Origin: Octopus sinensis
Taxonomy: Eukaryota
Assembly (NCBI RefSeq): GCF_006345805.1
Contig: NC_043021.1
Location: 20,770,001 to 20,834,000 of the forward strand
Direction: 5' to 3'
Length of the DNA stretch: 64,000 nt
Position 1 is the stretch's first letter. The number at the start of each line of letters is the position of its first letter. Shown here in pieces: positions 24,796-37,797 of this stretch. Under the pieces are notes generated by a model that searched no databases, was not told where the DNA came from, and saw nothing but the letters and a program-made list of their open reading frames with translations. The position numbers were made by a program, and so were the translations under genes.

Positions 24796-25842
24796 TTTCT
24801 TTATTACCCACAAGGAGCTAAACACAGAGGGGACAAACAAGGACAGACAAACGGAGTAAGTCGATTACATCGACCCCAGTGCGTAACTGGTACTTAATTT
24901 ATCGACCCCGAAAGGATGAAAGGCAAAGTCGACCTCGGCGGAATTTGAACTCAGAACACCACGGCAGACGAAATACGGCTACGCATTTCGCCCGGCGTGC
25001 TTACGTTTCTCTTTTCTTTATTTTGGAGCGAATCGGACGGGATGTAGTGGCATTGAAAGCGATCCAAGCGGTAAAAACGCATTTCAGTTTTATATAGAGA
25101 GATATAGGGATTTACAAGGTCCAAAAATCTGTTGTAGTGTACACTCGAGTGACCATCTAATCTGTTTACCAACGTAATGAAATTTTCGTTCTCTTTCTAC
25201 TCACACACACCCATGTGTGTGCACACCTCTATAGTTGTACACAACATACACGCAGAAAGCTTTTAACACTTAGTACGTTGATACACCTACTTAAAGAACA
25301 CAAGACTATATATATATTTCTTTATTGCCCACAAGGGGCTAAACATAGAGGGGACAAACAAGGATAGGCAAAGGGATTAAGTCGATTACATCGACCCCCC
25401 CAGAGAGTAACTGGTACTTTATTTATCGACCCCGAAAGGATGAAAGGCAAAGTCGACCTCGGCGGAATTTGAACTCAGAACGTAACGTCAGACGAAATAC
25501 GGTTACGTGCTAACGATTCTGCCAGCTCACCATATCGTATACACACACGCTGACAAATATTTACTTTCGTTTTCAGTTGCTGCAGTTCAGTTTTCCCCGA
25601 ATTTCAAAGACACATAAACCAGCCTAATTTATTTTAAATGTGCACGAGTTGAAATAGTGAAACCTGCGCTCACACAATGTAAGTACGTAAGTGTGCGTGT
25701 GTGCGTACATACGTGTATAGGAAAGATAATGGGTGTACGTGCGTGTGAGTTAATACATAAACCAGAACATACACAGCCGCACTAGCTAGTCATGACTAGT
25801 CGATCCTTACTTTGTGTTTTTGTGTGTTATTTACTTTGTTTA

Positions 25843-26216
25843 GTGGAGGCGCAATGGCCCAGTGGTTAGGGCAGCGGACTCGCGGTTTCGATTCCCAGAC
25901 TGGGCGTTGTGAGTGTTTATTGAGCGAAAATACCTAAAAGCTTCACGAGGCTCCGACAGGGATGGTGGTGATCCCTGCTGTACTCTTTCACCACAACTTT
26001 CTCTCACTCTTACTTCCTGTTTCTGTTTGTACCTGTATTTCAAGGGGCCGGCCTTGTCACTCTCTGTGTCACGCTGAATATCCCCGAGAACTACGTTAAG
26101 GGTGCACGTGTCTGTGGAGTGCTCAGCCACTTACACGTCAATTTCACGAGCAGACTGTTCCGTTGATTCGGATCAACCGGAACCCTCGTCGTCGTAACCG
26201 ACGGAGTGCTTCCACC
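25843..26216 (+). mobile_element. tRNA-derived SINE with 10-bp TSD (related copies at 27723-28035 and ~44075-44330)
   Basis: A box tggcccagtgg and B box gtttcgattcc; TSD actttgttta at 25833-25842 and 26217-26226. Confidence 0.8.
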
Positions 26217-27092
26217 ACTTTGTTTAAAAAATTATTTATTTTGTATTTTATTTACTTTGCTAGGTAGTCGTTGTAGGATCGACTAGTCACGACTAGCTAG
26301 CGAGGATGCGCGAGTCCGCGCACCGGGACCACTGTTCTCAAGTAGTACCATTTCGCTACACAGGGCCTAACATGGAGTGGACAAACAAGGACAGACAAAA
26401 TGGGGAAGAAAAAGAGAAAACAAATGAAAAAGATGGATTTGGAGAATGAAATGAACACCACACATTAAAATGCTTTTTTCCTCTTCTAAAACACCATCTC
26501 CACAGTCAAAATACCATAACAATTACAGTTCTACGTTGAATCCAATTATACGCCAGCATCTTTTTTTTTGTACACAATTACAAAACATTACTTATGCCAT
26601 TGAAACATTACCATGATAATTTTCCTAATTGAGTCAAAACTTTAAGGTCACAACCACCGTTCATTCCTATTTTCCCCCGGGTAAATTTCACTCAATCTTT
26701 TCTTAGGCTGTAACGAGTTCAGGTCGACGTTTCTTTACCTTATGACCAACAGACTTCGAACACTGGTAGAATGTGTCTGTCCTTGTTTATCCCCTCTGTG
26801 TTTAGCCCCTTGTGGGCAGTAAAGAAATATATTATTATTGTTATTATTATTATTATTCAGGGACCTTTTGAGCAGGTAGGGCTACTTGACCTGAAGAAAA
26901 CTCTAACTGGGCCCAACCTAAAGAGTCGTGCACTGTTTATCGTGATATGAAGTTACCATGTGGTGCCCATATGGTTGAGATGCAAGTACCCTAATCAGAC
27001 AGTGTAGCTATGAAGGGTATAATTGGGCTTTGTATACTTGTACCCCACTATCACTTTGATGGCAAGCATTGCTCTTTCACTCTCTAATGATA

Positions 27093-27490
27093 TCTTTATA
27101 TATAAAAGTGAGGTTGTGTGCTGTCTGTCTCCTATGATTTAGATTCCTAACTACTCCCACATTTTGCGGTGCAGTTTAACCAAAACCGGGTATCTTATAG
27201 TCGTGATTCATATCGAGCCCTTCTGGGTATTAGCTCGCGTGTACGATGAGTCTACGATTTAAAAAAAATTTACCATCAATTTTTCCCATTTTTAATGCAT
27301 TTTTGGCATATATAAAGGAAGTAACTCTCTAAAAATTTATTATTAAATCTCAGAACGTAAAAAGCTACAGTAACACCCCCCTCCCTTTGTGGTTAGCCAT
27401 ATTGAGATGGCTATTATACTTTACATCTCTAAAAATGCTTATATAATTATTTCCCTTACAAACCCGAGCAACGCCGGGCGATACTGCTAG
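27093..27490 (+). mobile_element. Non-autonomous Helitron, complete
   Basis: a|TCTTTATATATAAAAG ... cccgagcaacgccgggcgatactgCTAG|t. Confidence 0.8.
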
Positions 27491-28539
27491 TCATAATATA
27501 AAGAAGAATAAGAACAACAACAATGACAATAATAATAATAACAATAATATATTAAGAATTTCAAAGAAAATCATGTGGTTCAATTAGCTTTGTTTTGCTT
27601 TTCTCTGTAGGGAGCACATGTAGAGAGGGGGAGGGACTACATGTGATGAAAGTTATCAAAATGTGAGTGTATGTGTATATGTGTGTATGTGTATGTATAT
27701 ATGTGTGTGTATATATACATACGTGGAGGCGCAATGGCCTAGTGGTTAGGGCAGCAGACTCGCGGTCGTAGGATCGCGGTTTCGATTCCCAGACCGAGCG
27801 TTGTGAGTGTTTATTGAGCGAAAACACCTAAAGCTCCACGAGGCTCCTGTGGGGGATGGAGGCGATCCCTGCTGTACTCTTTCGCCACAACTTTCTCTCA
27901 CTCTTTCTACTGTTGGCCTGCTCGCTTAGCCAGTGGGGTGGCATCATTTGAAGGCTAAAACAATGCGAAGTGCATTGTGACCAGCGATGTGTAACAACAT
28001 TTGATAGCCTGGTAGGTCACGGTGATCATGGTGATATATACATACACACACACACACATACGTTCATATATAAATGAGGAGGTGCTGAAAAGAGTTCCTG
28101 GTTTTAAGGGTATTGCGAAGGCCTGGGTTGGAGGCCTAACTTTCTGAGTTCATTTGCAGGGCCTAAAAAAAAACCTGAAGAAATGCTGCGATAAGTGTGT
28201 GAACCTGAGAAAGGAATATTTCGAATAAAATCATAATTAACTGATCCGCCTCTACTTTCTTTTATCCAACACCAGGAACTTTTCAGGAACTCCCGCGTAT
28301 GTATTTACATATAGCTGTGTGTGTGTGTGTGTATATATATATATCATCATCATCATCATCATCATCATCATCGTTTAGCGTCCGTTTTCCATGCTAGCAT
28401 GGGTTGGACGGGTCAACTGGGGTCTGTGAAGCTGGAAGGCTTCGTCAGGCCCAGTCAGATCTGGCAGTGTTTCTACGGCTGGATGCCCTTTCTAACGCCA
28501 ACCACTCCGCGAGTGTAGTGGGTGTTTTTTACGTGCCAC

Positions 28540-29310
28540 CTGCACAGGTGCCAGACAGAGCTGGTGAACGGCCACGAACGGATGGTGCTTTTACGTGTCA
28601 CTGGCTCGGGGCCAGGCGATGCTGGCAACGGACACGAACGGATGGTGCTTTTACGTGCCACCGACACGGGGCCAGACAGAGCTGGCAACCGGCCACGAAC
28701 GGACGGTGCTTTTACGTGTCACCGGCACGGGGGCCAGCCGAGGTTGGCAACGGATGCGAACGGATGGTGCTTTTACGTGCCACCGACACGGTTGCCAGAC
28801 AGAGCTGGCAAACGGCCACGAGCAGACGGTGCTTTTACGTGTCACCGGCACGGGGGCCAGCCGAGGCTGGCAACGGACGCAAACAGATGGTGCTTTTACG
28901 TGCCACCGACACGGTTGCCAGACAGAGCTGGCAAACGGCCACGAGCGGACGGTGCTTTTACGTGTCACCGGCACGGGGCCCAGCCGAGGCTGGCAACGGA
29001 CACGGATGGATGGTGCTTTTACGTGCCACCGACACGGGGCCAGACAGAGCTGGCAAATGGCCACGAACGGATGGTGCTTTTACGTGCCACCGACACGGGG
29101 CCAGACAGAGCTGGCCAACGTCCACGAACGGACGGTGCTTTTACGTGTCACCGGCACGGGGCCAGGCGAGGCTGGCAACGAACACGAACGGATGGTGCTT
29201 TTACGTGCCACCGACACGGGGCCAGGCAGAGCTGGCAAACGGCCATGAGCGAATGGTGCTTTTGCGTATCACTGGCACGGGTGCCAGACGAGGCTGACAG
29301 CGGCCACGAA
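28540..29310. repeat. GC-rich minisatellite, ~61-bp unit with two alternating variants, ~12-13 copies
   Basis: ...acggatggtgcttttacgtg(c/t)cacc... recurs every ~61 bp. Confidence 0.9.
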
Positions 29311-29364
29311 CAGATGGGTCACTTAACCCCTGCTTTCTGATATATGATTTGATTTTGATTGTTC

Positions 29365-32300
29365 TCAATGGTCTTGCCGGGTCTTCTCACGCACAGCATA
29401 CTTCCATAGGTCTCGGTCTCTGGTCATTTCCTTGGTGAGACCTAGAGTTCGAAGGTCGTGCTTCACCACCTCGACCCAGGTTTTCCTGGGTCTACCTCTT
29501 CCACCGGTCCCCTCAACTGCCAGGGTGTGGCACTTTTTCACACACCTATCTTCATCCATTCTCACCACATGACCATACCAGCGCAATCGTCTCTCTTGCA
29601 CACAACATCTGATTCCTCTTAGGTCCAACTTTTCTCTCAAGATACTTACACTCTGTCGACTATGAACACTGACATTACACATCCAACGGAGCATACTAGC
29701 TTCATTTCTCGCGAGCTTACGCATGTCCTCAGCAGTCACGGCCATGTTTCACTGCCATGTAGCATGGCTGTTCGTACACATGCATCATACAGTCTGCCTT
29801 TTACTCTGAGCGAGAGGCCTTTAGTCACCAACAGAGGTAAGAGCTCCCTAAACTTTGCCCAGGCTATTCTTACTCTAGCCGTTACACTTTCAGCACACCC
29901 ACCCCCACTACTGACTTGGTCACCAAGATAACGGAAGCTATCAACCACTTCTAGTTTTTCCCCCTGGAAAGTAACGGAAGTTGTTTTCTGCAGATTTTCA
30001 GAGGTTAATGCTCCCGAGCATCTGCCACAAACAAAAACCATCTTCCTAGTTAGCCTTCCTATGACATTGCTGCACCTCTTATGTGTCCATAGCTTACACT
30101 TGGTGCATCTTATAGAGTTTCTACCTACACCTTTTCTACAGATCGAGCAGGGCCATCTACCTGAAGGCGTTTGTGATTTGTCTACCTTCCTACTTATTAC
30201 GACTTTGGTTTTAGCTAGGTTGACTCTAAGGCCCTTCGATTCTAAACCATGCTTCCACACCTGAAACTTCTTCTCCAGTTCTGATAATGACTCAGCAATT
30301 AGAGCAAGGTCATCAGCATAGAGGAGCTCCCAGGGGCATCCTGTCTTGAATTCCTCCGTTATTGCCTGGAGGACTATGATAAATAGGAGGGGGCTGAGGA
30401 CTGAGCCTTGGTGGACCCCTACCTCTACCCGGAATTCTTCACTGTACTCATTTCCAACCCTCACCTTACTAGCAGCGTCCCTGTACATGGCTTGCACAGC
30501 TCTCACTAACCATTCTTCTATTCCTAGTTTCCTCATTGACCACCATATGAGGGATCGGGGGACCCTGTCGAAGGCTTTCTCCATGTCAACAAAAGCCAGG
30601 TACATGGCCTTATCTTTGGCTAGGTATTTCTCCTGCAGCTGCCTTACCAGGAATATAGCATCAGTGGTACTTTTCCCTGGCACGAAACCAAACTGCATCT
30701 CATCTAAACTAACTCTCTCTCTAATTAGTTGGACCCTCTCTGTAACCTTCATCACCTGATCCAACATCTTGATACCTCTGTAATTATTTGTATCTAGGGC
30801 ATCACCTTTACCTTTGTAGCAGTTGACTATTATGCTGCTACACCAGTCATTGGGTATGACTCCTTCATGTATCACCTGATTAACTATACAGGTGACTAGG
30901 CTATAGCCGACACTACCAGATATTTTGAGCATCTCTGCAGTGATACCTGATGGGCCTGGGGCTTTCCCTGTCTTCATGCTTCTAATTGCCTTAGCTACTA
31001 AGGAACTATCAACCCTGATAGCTGGTCCCTCTGTTGGGTCAACGTTCGGCAGACTCTCTTTATCCCATTCATTTTCTTTATTCAGCAACCTTTCATAGTG
31101 GCATCTCCAAGCCTCTCTCTTTGCATCCTCGTTTAGCGCAAGTGAACCATCTTCCATGCGAACACACTTCTCTCCCACCACATCACAATTCTCTCTCACA
31201 CACTGTCTTGCAACGCGAAACACCTCCAGTCTTTGGTCCTCATGGCGCAGAACATTGGCAAATTTTTTCTTATCTGCTTCCCCTCTGGCTAGATAGACCT
31301 GTCTCCTAGCTTCCCTTTTAGCAGTCTGATACAATTCCCTGCTACCACCATTCTTCCAGTGCTTCCAAGTCTGTCTCTTTTCTCTAATAGCCCTGTCTAC
31401 GACACTGTTCCACCACCACATTACCTTGGGACGAGAGGGGACTTTGCACCAGCCACAGATCTGGTCAGTGGCTCTCAGCAGGTTGTCCCTTAGAAACGTC
31501 CAGTTGTCCTCTACCCCATGTGATACACTATCCCCTTCTACTTCGTCAAAGGCTTCAAGTAACATGTCTCTAAATCTCTGTCCATTCACAGGATCCTTAA
31601 GCTTCCAGATCCTTCTTCTCCATGTTGGTCGTCTTCTGGTTGTCCTCCTACTCCTGATCCTAAAGTCACTAACTACCAGTCTATGTTGTGGGGTGCATTC
31701 TTCGCCTGGGAAGGTTTTGGCATTTATAAGTAGCCATCTCTCCCTTTGCCTGGCAAGGATGTAGTCAATTTGGCTGGTATGTTGGCCCGATCGGTAGGTG
31801 ACTAGGTGGCTGGTAGGTTTCCTGAAGTTAGTGTTGCAAATCATAAGATTATTTGCATCGCAGAACTCCAGCAGCCTGGTTCCCTCCTCGTTGTGGGAAC
31901 CAGAGCCATAGCCTCTATGTACGCCGTAGAAGCCCCCAGCATGTCGTCCAACGTGACCATTGAAGTCACCAGCCACAAAGAGAAGGTCTCTGTCGTTCGT
32001 CAACGAGGTAGTCTGCAGTAGAGTGTCATAGAATCGGTCTTTCTGTCCATCAGGTAGCCCCGACTGAGGAGCATAGGCTGATATAATGGTTGCTAAACTA
32101 TGATGAAGCGCTAATCTAATCTTAAGTATTCTGTCGCATACTCTGATTACCTCAATTACTTTATCTACCCATTTCTCAGCGATAAGTATACCCACGCCTC
32201 CAACCCCGTCAGTGTTCCCTGCCCAGAAAATCTTGTACCTGTGTTCCTTGCCTGTGAGGAACCTAGCAGAACCTCCTCTCCACCTTACTTCTTGCATACA

Positions 32301-32486
32301 ACATATATCCACACGTCTCCGTTCAAGCATCTCAACTATCTCGCCAGACCTACCTTTCAGTGTGCCAACATTGAGGGTGCCAACCCTGAGGGTGTGGGAG
32401 GTATGGGCCCTAGAGACCCAGCGTCGGTGGACAGTAGCTTCATGTACCTGAAAAGAAAGCTCGCATTTGGCAGAATTCATGAGCAA
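29365..32486 (-). CDS. RTE LINE ORF2: APE endonuclease + reverse transcriptase + PHD-like finger (one frameshift at ~29745)
   Basis: 916-aa ORF with GTLNVGTL, QEVRW, GDFNGHVG, IDYIL, APGPSGI, DMEKAFDRVP, HQGSVLSPLLF and LYADDL. It continues in ORF 29365..29745 (LRWYGHVVRM). The break is a missing C in a ggccc run compared with the copy at 47.7 kb. Confidence 0.95.
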
Positions 32487-32712
32487 GTAATACAGTAGCC
32501 TTCAATTCAACCTGCATAACACGACCCATTCATATTTTGCACTGTATAATCATTACCTTACCTAGGTCGAAACTAGGGGTAGGGATGGTGAAAGAGCATT
32601 TGCAGTCTTCAAGGGAAGCAACCCAGGGATGAAAAGAATAGGAACTTCCGGCATGTGTGGAGGGGGTGGGTGGGCAGGTCAACCCCAAACTAGCAAGAGG
32701 ATTCTGTTAATT

Positions 32713-35700
32713 GTGATAGCAAGAAAGTAGGTTTGAAAGTATCAGAGAAGTCAATTTTTAGGGGAGACGATGAGTGGCTATGAAACGGGAGCAAATAGGG
32801 AGACGAGACAAGGCTAAACGAAAAACATTACATGAATGGTATGTTGAAAACTGAAAGAAAATATGAATAGAGGGTACTGAAAAATCGTGATAGCAAGAAA
32901 GTAGGTTTGAAAGTATCAGAGAAGTCAATTTTTAGGGGAGACGATGAGTGGCTATGAAACGGGAGCAAATAGGGAGACGAGACAAGGCTAAACGAAAAAC
33001 ATTACATGAATGGTATGTTGAAAACTGAAAGAAAATATGAATAGAGGGTACTGAAAAATCGTGATAGCAAGAAAGTAGGTTTGAAAGTATCAGAGAAGTC
33101 AATTTTTAGGGGAGACGATGAGTGGCTATGAAACGGGAGCAAATAGGAGACGAGACAAGGCTAAACGAAAAACATTACATGAATGGTATGTTGAAAACTG
33201 AAAGAAAATATGAATAGAGGTTACTGAAAAATCGTGATAGCAAGAAAGTAGGTTTGAAAGTATCAGAGAAGTCAATTTTTAGGGGAGACGATGAGTGGCT
33301 ATGAAACAGGAGCAAATAGGGAGACGAGACAAGGCTAAACGAAAAACATTACATGAATGGTATGTTGAAAACTGAAAGAAATAAAAGAAAATATGAATAG
33401 AGGGTACTGAAAAATCGTGATAGCAAGAAAGTAGGTTTGAAAGTATCAGAGAAGTCAATTTTTAGGGGAGACGATGAGTGGCTATGAAACAGGAGCAAAT
33501 AGGGAGACGAGACAAGCTAAACGAAAAACATTACATGAATGGTATGTTGAAAACTGAAAGAAAATATGAATAGAGGGTACTGAAAAATCGTGATAGCAAG
33601 AAAGTAGGTTTGAAAGTATCAGAGAAGTCAATTTTTAGGGGAGACGATGAGTGGCTATGAAACAGGAGCAAATAGGGAGACGAGACAAGGCTAAACGAAA
33701 AAAAACATTACATGAATGGTATGTTGAAAACTGAAAGAAAATATGAATAGAGGGTACTGAAAAATCGTGATAGCAAGAAAGTAGGTTTGAAAGTATCAGA
33801 GAAGTCATTTTTAGGGGAGACGATGAGTGGCTATGAAACACGGGAGCAAATAGGGAGACGAGACAAGGCTAAACGAAAAACATTACATGAATGGTATGTT
33901 GAAAACTGAAAGAAAATATGAATAGAGGTTACTGAAAAATCGTGATAGCAAGAAAGTAGGTTTGAAAGTATCAGAGAAGTCAATTTTTAGGGGAGACGAT
34001 GAGTGGCTATGAAACAGGAGCAAATAGGGAGACGAGACAAGGCTAAACGAAAAACATTACATGAATGGTATGTTGAAAACTGAAAGAAAATATGAATAGA
34101 GGGTACTGAAAAATCGTGATAGCAAGAAAGTAGGTTTGAAAGTATCAGAGAAGTCAATTTTTAGGGGAGACGATGAGTGGCTATGAAACGGGAGCAAATA
34201 GGGAGACGAGACAAGGCTAAACGAAAAACATTACATGAATGGTATGTTGAAAACTGAAAGAAAATATGAATAGAGGGTACTGAAAAATGTGATAGCAAGA
34301 AAGTAGGTTTGAAAGTATCAGAGAAGTCAATTTTTAGGGGAGACGATGAGTGGCTATGAAACAGAGCAAATAGGGAGACGAGACAAGGCTAAACGAAAAA
34401 CATTACATGAATGGTATGTTGAAAACTGAAAGAAAATATGAATAGAGGGTACTGAAAAATCGTGATAGCAAGAAAGTAGGTTTGAAAGTATCAGAGAAGT
34501 CAATTTTTAGGGGGGGAGACGATGAGTGGCTATGAAATGGGAGCAAATAGGGAGACGAGACAAGGCTAAACGAAAAACATTACATGAATGGTATGTTGAA
34601 AACTGAAAGAAAATATGAATAGAGGGTACTGAAAAATCGTGATAGCAAGAAAGTAGGTTTGAAAGTATCAGAGAAGTCAATTTTTAGGGGAGACGATGAG
34701 TGGCTATGAAACGGGAGCAAATAGGGAGACGAGACAAGGCTAAACGAAAAACATTACATGAATGGTAATGTTGAAAACTGAAAGAAAATATGAATAGAGG
34801 GTACTGAAAAATCGTGATAGCAAGAAAGTAGGTTTGAAAGTATCAGAGAAGTCAATTTTTAGGGGAGACGATGAGTGGCTATGAAACAGGAGCAAATAGG
34901 GAGACGAGACAAGGCTAAACGAAAAACATTACATGAATGGTATGTTGAAAACTGAAAGAAAATATGAATAGAGGGTACTGAAAAATCGTGATAGCAAGAA
35001 AGTAGGTTTGAAAGTATCAGAGAAGTCAATTTTTAGGGGAGACGATGAGTGGCTATGAACAGGAGCAAATAGGGAGACGAGACAAGGCTAAACGAAAAAC
35101 ATTACATGAATGGTATGTTGAAAACTGAAAGAAAATATCAATAGAGGTTACTGAAAAATCGTGTATAGCAAGAAAGTAGGTTTGAAAGTATCAGAGAAGT
35201 CAATTTTTAGGGGACGATGAGTGGCTATGAAACGGGAGCAAATAGGGAGACGAGACAAGGCTAAACGAAAAACATTACATGAATGGTATGTTGAAAACTG
35301 AAAGAAAATATGAATAGAGGTTACTGAAAAATCGTGATAGCAAGAAGTAGGTTTGAAAGTATCAGAGAAGTCAATTTTTAGGGGAGACGATGAGTGGCTA
35401 TGAAACGGGAGCAAATAGGGAGACGAGACAAGGCTAAACGAAAAACATTACATGAATGGTATGTTGAAAACTGAAAGAAAATATGAATAGAGGGTACTGA
35501 AAAATCGTGATAGCAAGAAAGTAGGTTTGAAAGTAGCAGAGAAGTCAATTTTTAGGGGAGACGATGAGTGGCTATGAACGGGAGCAAATAGGGAGATGAG
35601 ACAAGGCTAAACGAAAAACATTACATGAATGGTATGTTGAAAACTGAAAGAAAATATGAATAGAGGTACTGAAAAATCGTGATAGCAAGAAAGTAGGTTT

Positions 35701-37797
35701 GAAAGTATCAGAGAAGTCAATTTTTAGGGGAGACGATGAGTGGCTATGAAACGGGAGCAAATAGGGAGACGAGACAAGGCTAAACGAAAAACATTACATG
35801 AATGGTATGTTGAAAACTGAAAGAAAATATGAATAGAGGGTACTGAAAAATCGTGATAGCAAGAGTAGGTTTGAAAGTATCAGAGAAGTCAATTTTTAGG
35901 GGAGACGATGAGTGGCTATGAAACGGGAGCAAATAGGAGACGAGACAAGGCTAAACGAAAACACATTACATGAATGGTATGTTGAAAACTGAAAGAAAAT
36001 ATGAATAGAGGGTACTGAAAAATCGTGATAGCAAGAAAGTAGGTTTGAAAGTATCAGAGAAGTCAATTTTTAGGGGAGACGATGAGTGGCTATGAAACGG
36101 GAGCAAATAGGGAGACGAGACAGGCTAAACGAAAAACATTACATGAATGGTATGTTGAAAACTGAAAGAAAATATGAATAGAGGTTACTGAAAAATCGTG
36201 ATAGCAGAAGTAGGTTTGAAAGTATCAGAGAAGTCAATTTTTAGGGGAGACGATGAGTGGCTATGAAACAGGAGCAAATAGGGAGACGAGACAAGGCTAA
36301 ACAAAAACATTACATGAATGGTATGTTGAAAACTGAAAGAAAATATGAATAGAGGGTACTGAAAAATCGTGATAGCAAGAAAGTAGGTTTGAAAGTATCA
36401 GAGAAGTCAATTTTTAGGGGAGACGATGAGTGGCTATGAAACGGGAGCAAATAGGGAGACGAGACAAGGCTAAACGAAAAACATTACATGAATGGTATGT
36501 TGAAAACTGAAAGAAAATATGAATAGAGGTTACTGAAAAATCGTGATAGCAAGAAAGTAGGTTTGAAAGTATCAGAGAAGTCAATTTTTAGGGGAGACGA
36601 TGAGTGGCTATGAAACGGGAGCAAATAGGGAGACGAGACAAGGCTAAACGAAAAACATTACATGAATGGTATGTTGAAAACTGAAAGAAAATATGAATAG
36701 AGGGTACTGAAAAATCGTGATAGCAAGAAAGTAGGTTTGAAAGTATCAGAGAAGTCAATTTTATGGGAGACGATGAGTGGCTATGAAACAGGAGCAAATA
36801 GGGAGACGAGACAAGGCTAAACGAAAAACATTACATGAATGGTATGTTGAAAACTGAAAGAAAATATGAATAGAGGTTACTGAAAAATCGTGATAGCAAG
36901 AAAGTAGGTTTGAAAGTATCAGAGAAGTCAATTTTTAGGGGAGACGATGAGTGGCTATGAAACGGGAGCAAATAGGGAGACGAGACAGGCTAAACGAAAA
37001 ACATTACATGAATGGTATGTTGAAAACTGAAAGAAAATATGAATAGAGGTTACTGAAAAATCGTGATAGCAAGAAAGTAGTTTGAAAGTATCAGAGAAGT
37101 CAATTTTTAGGGGAGACGATGAGTGGCTATGAAACGGGAGCAAATAGGGAGACGAGACAAGGCTAAACGAAAAACATTACATGAATGGTATGTTGAAAAC
37201 TGAAAGAAAATATGAATAGAGGGTACTGAAAAATCGTGATAGCAAGAAAGTAGGTTTGAAAGTATCAGAGAAGTCAATTTTTAGGGGAGACGATGAGTGG
37301 CTATGAACGGGAGCAAATAGGGAGACGAGACAGGCTAAACGAAAAACATTACATGAATGGTATGTTGAAAACTGAAAGAAAATATGAATAGAGGTTACTG
37401 AAAAATCGTGATAGCAAGAAAGTAGGTTTGAAGTATCAGAGAAGTCAATTTTTAGGGGAGACGATGAGTGGCTATGAAACGGGAGCAAATAGGGAGACGA
37501 GACAAGGCTAAACGAAAAACATTACATGAATGGTATGTTGAAAACTGAAAGAAAATATGAATAGAGGGTACTGAAAAATCGTGATAGCAAGAAAGTAGGT
37601 TTGAAAGTATCAGAGAAGTCAATTTTTAGGGGAGACGATGATGGCTATGAAACGGGAGCAATAGGGAGACGAGACAAGGCTAAACGAAAAACATTACATG
37701 AATGGTATGTTGAAAACTGAAAGAAAATATGAATAGAGGGTACTGAAAAATCGTGATAGCAAGAAAGTAGGTTTGAAAGTATCAGAGAAGTCAATTT
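32713..37797. repeat. 174-bp tandem array, ~29 copies plus a 47-bp partial
   Basis: gtgatagcaagaaagtagg... at 32713, 32887, 33061 and onward to 37752; very homogeneous. Confidence 0.98.

Noticed and set aside
27723-27800. tRNA gene
   Set aside because: A and B boxes are present but run into a SINE body that is repeated elsewhere; no complete cloverleaf with acceptor stem.
28404-29340. Long ORFs (217-297 aa) over the 61-bp minisatellite; similar ORFs at 45-47 kb and 57 kb
   Set aside because: Open in several frames on both strands because of GC-rich tandem repeats; no domain content.
32713-37797. CRISPR-like array, or hammerhead (gatgag...gaaac) in the 174-bp monomer
   Set aside because: Units are identical with no unique spacers and there are no cas genes. 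The core reads ACGAUGA rather than CUGAUGA, and no stem III or GUH follows.
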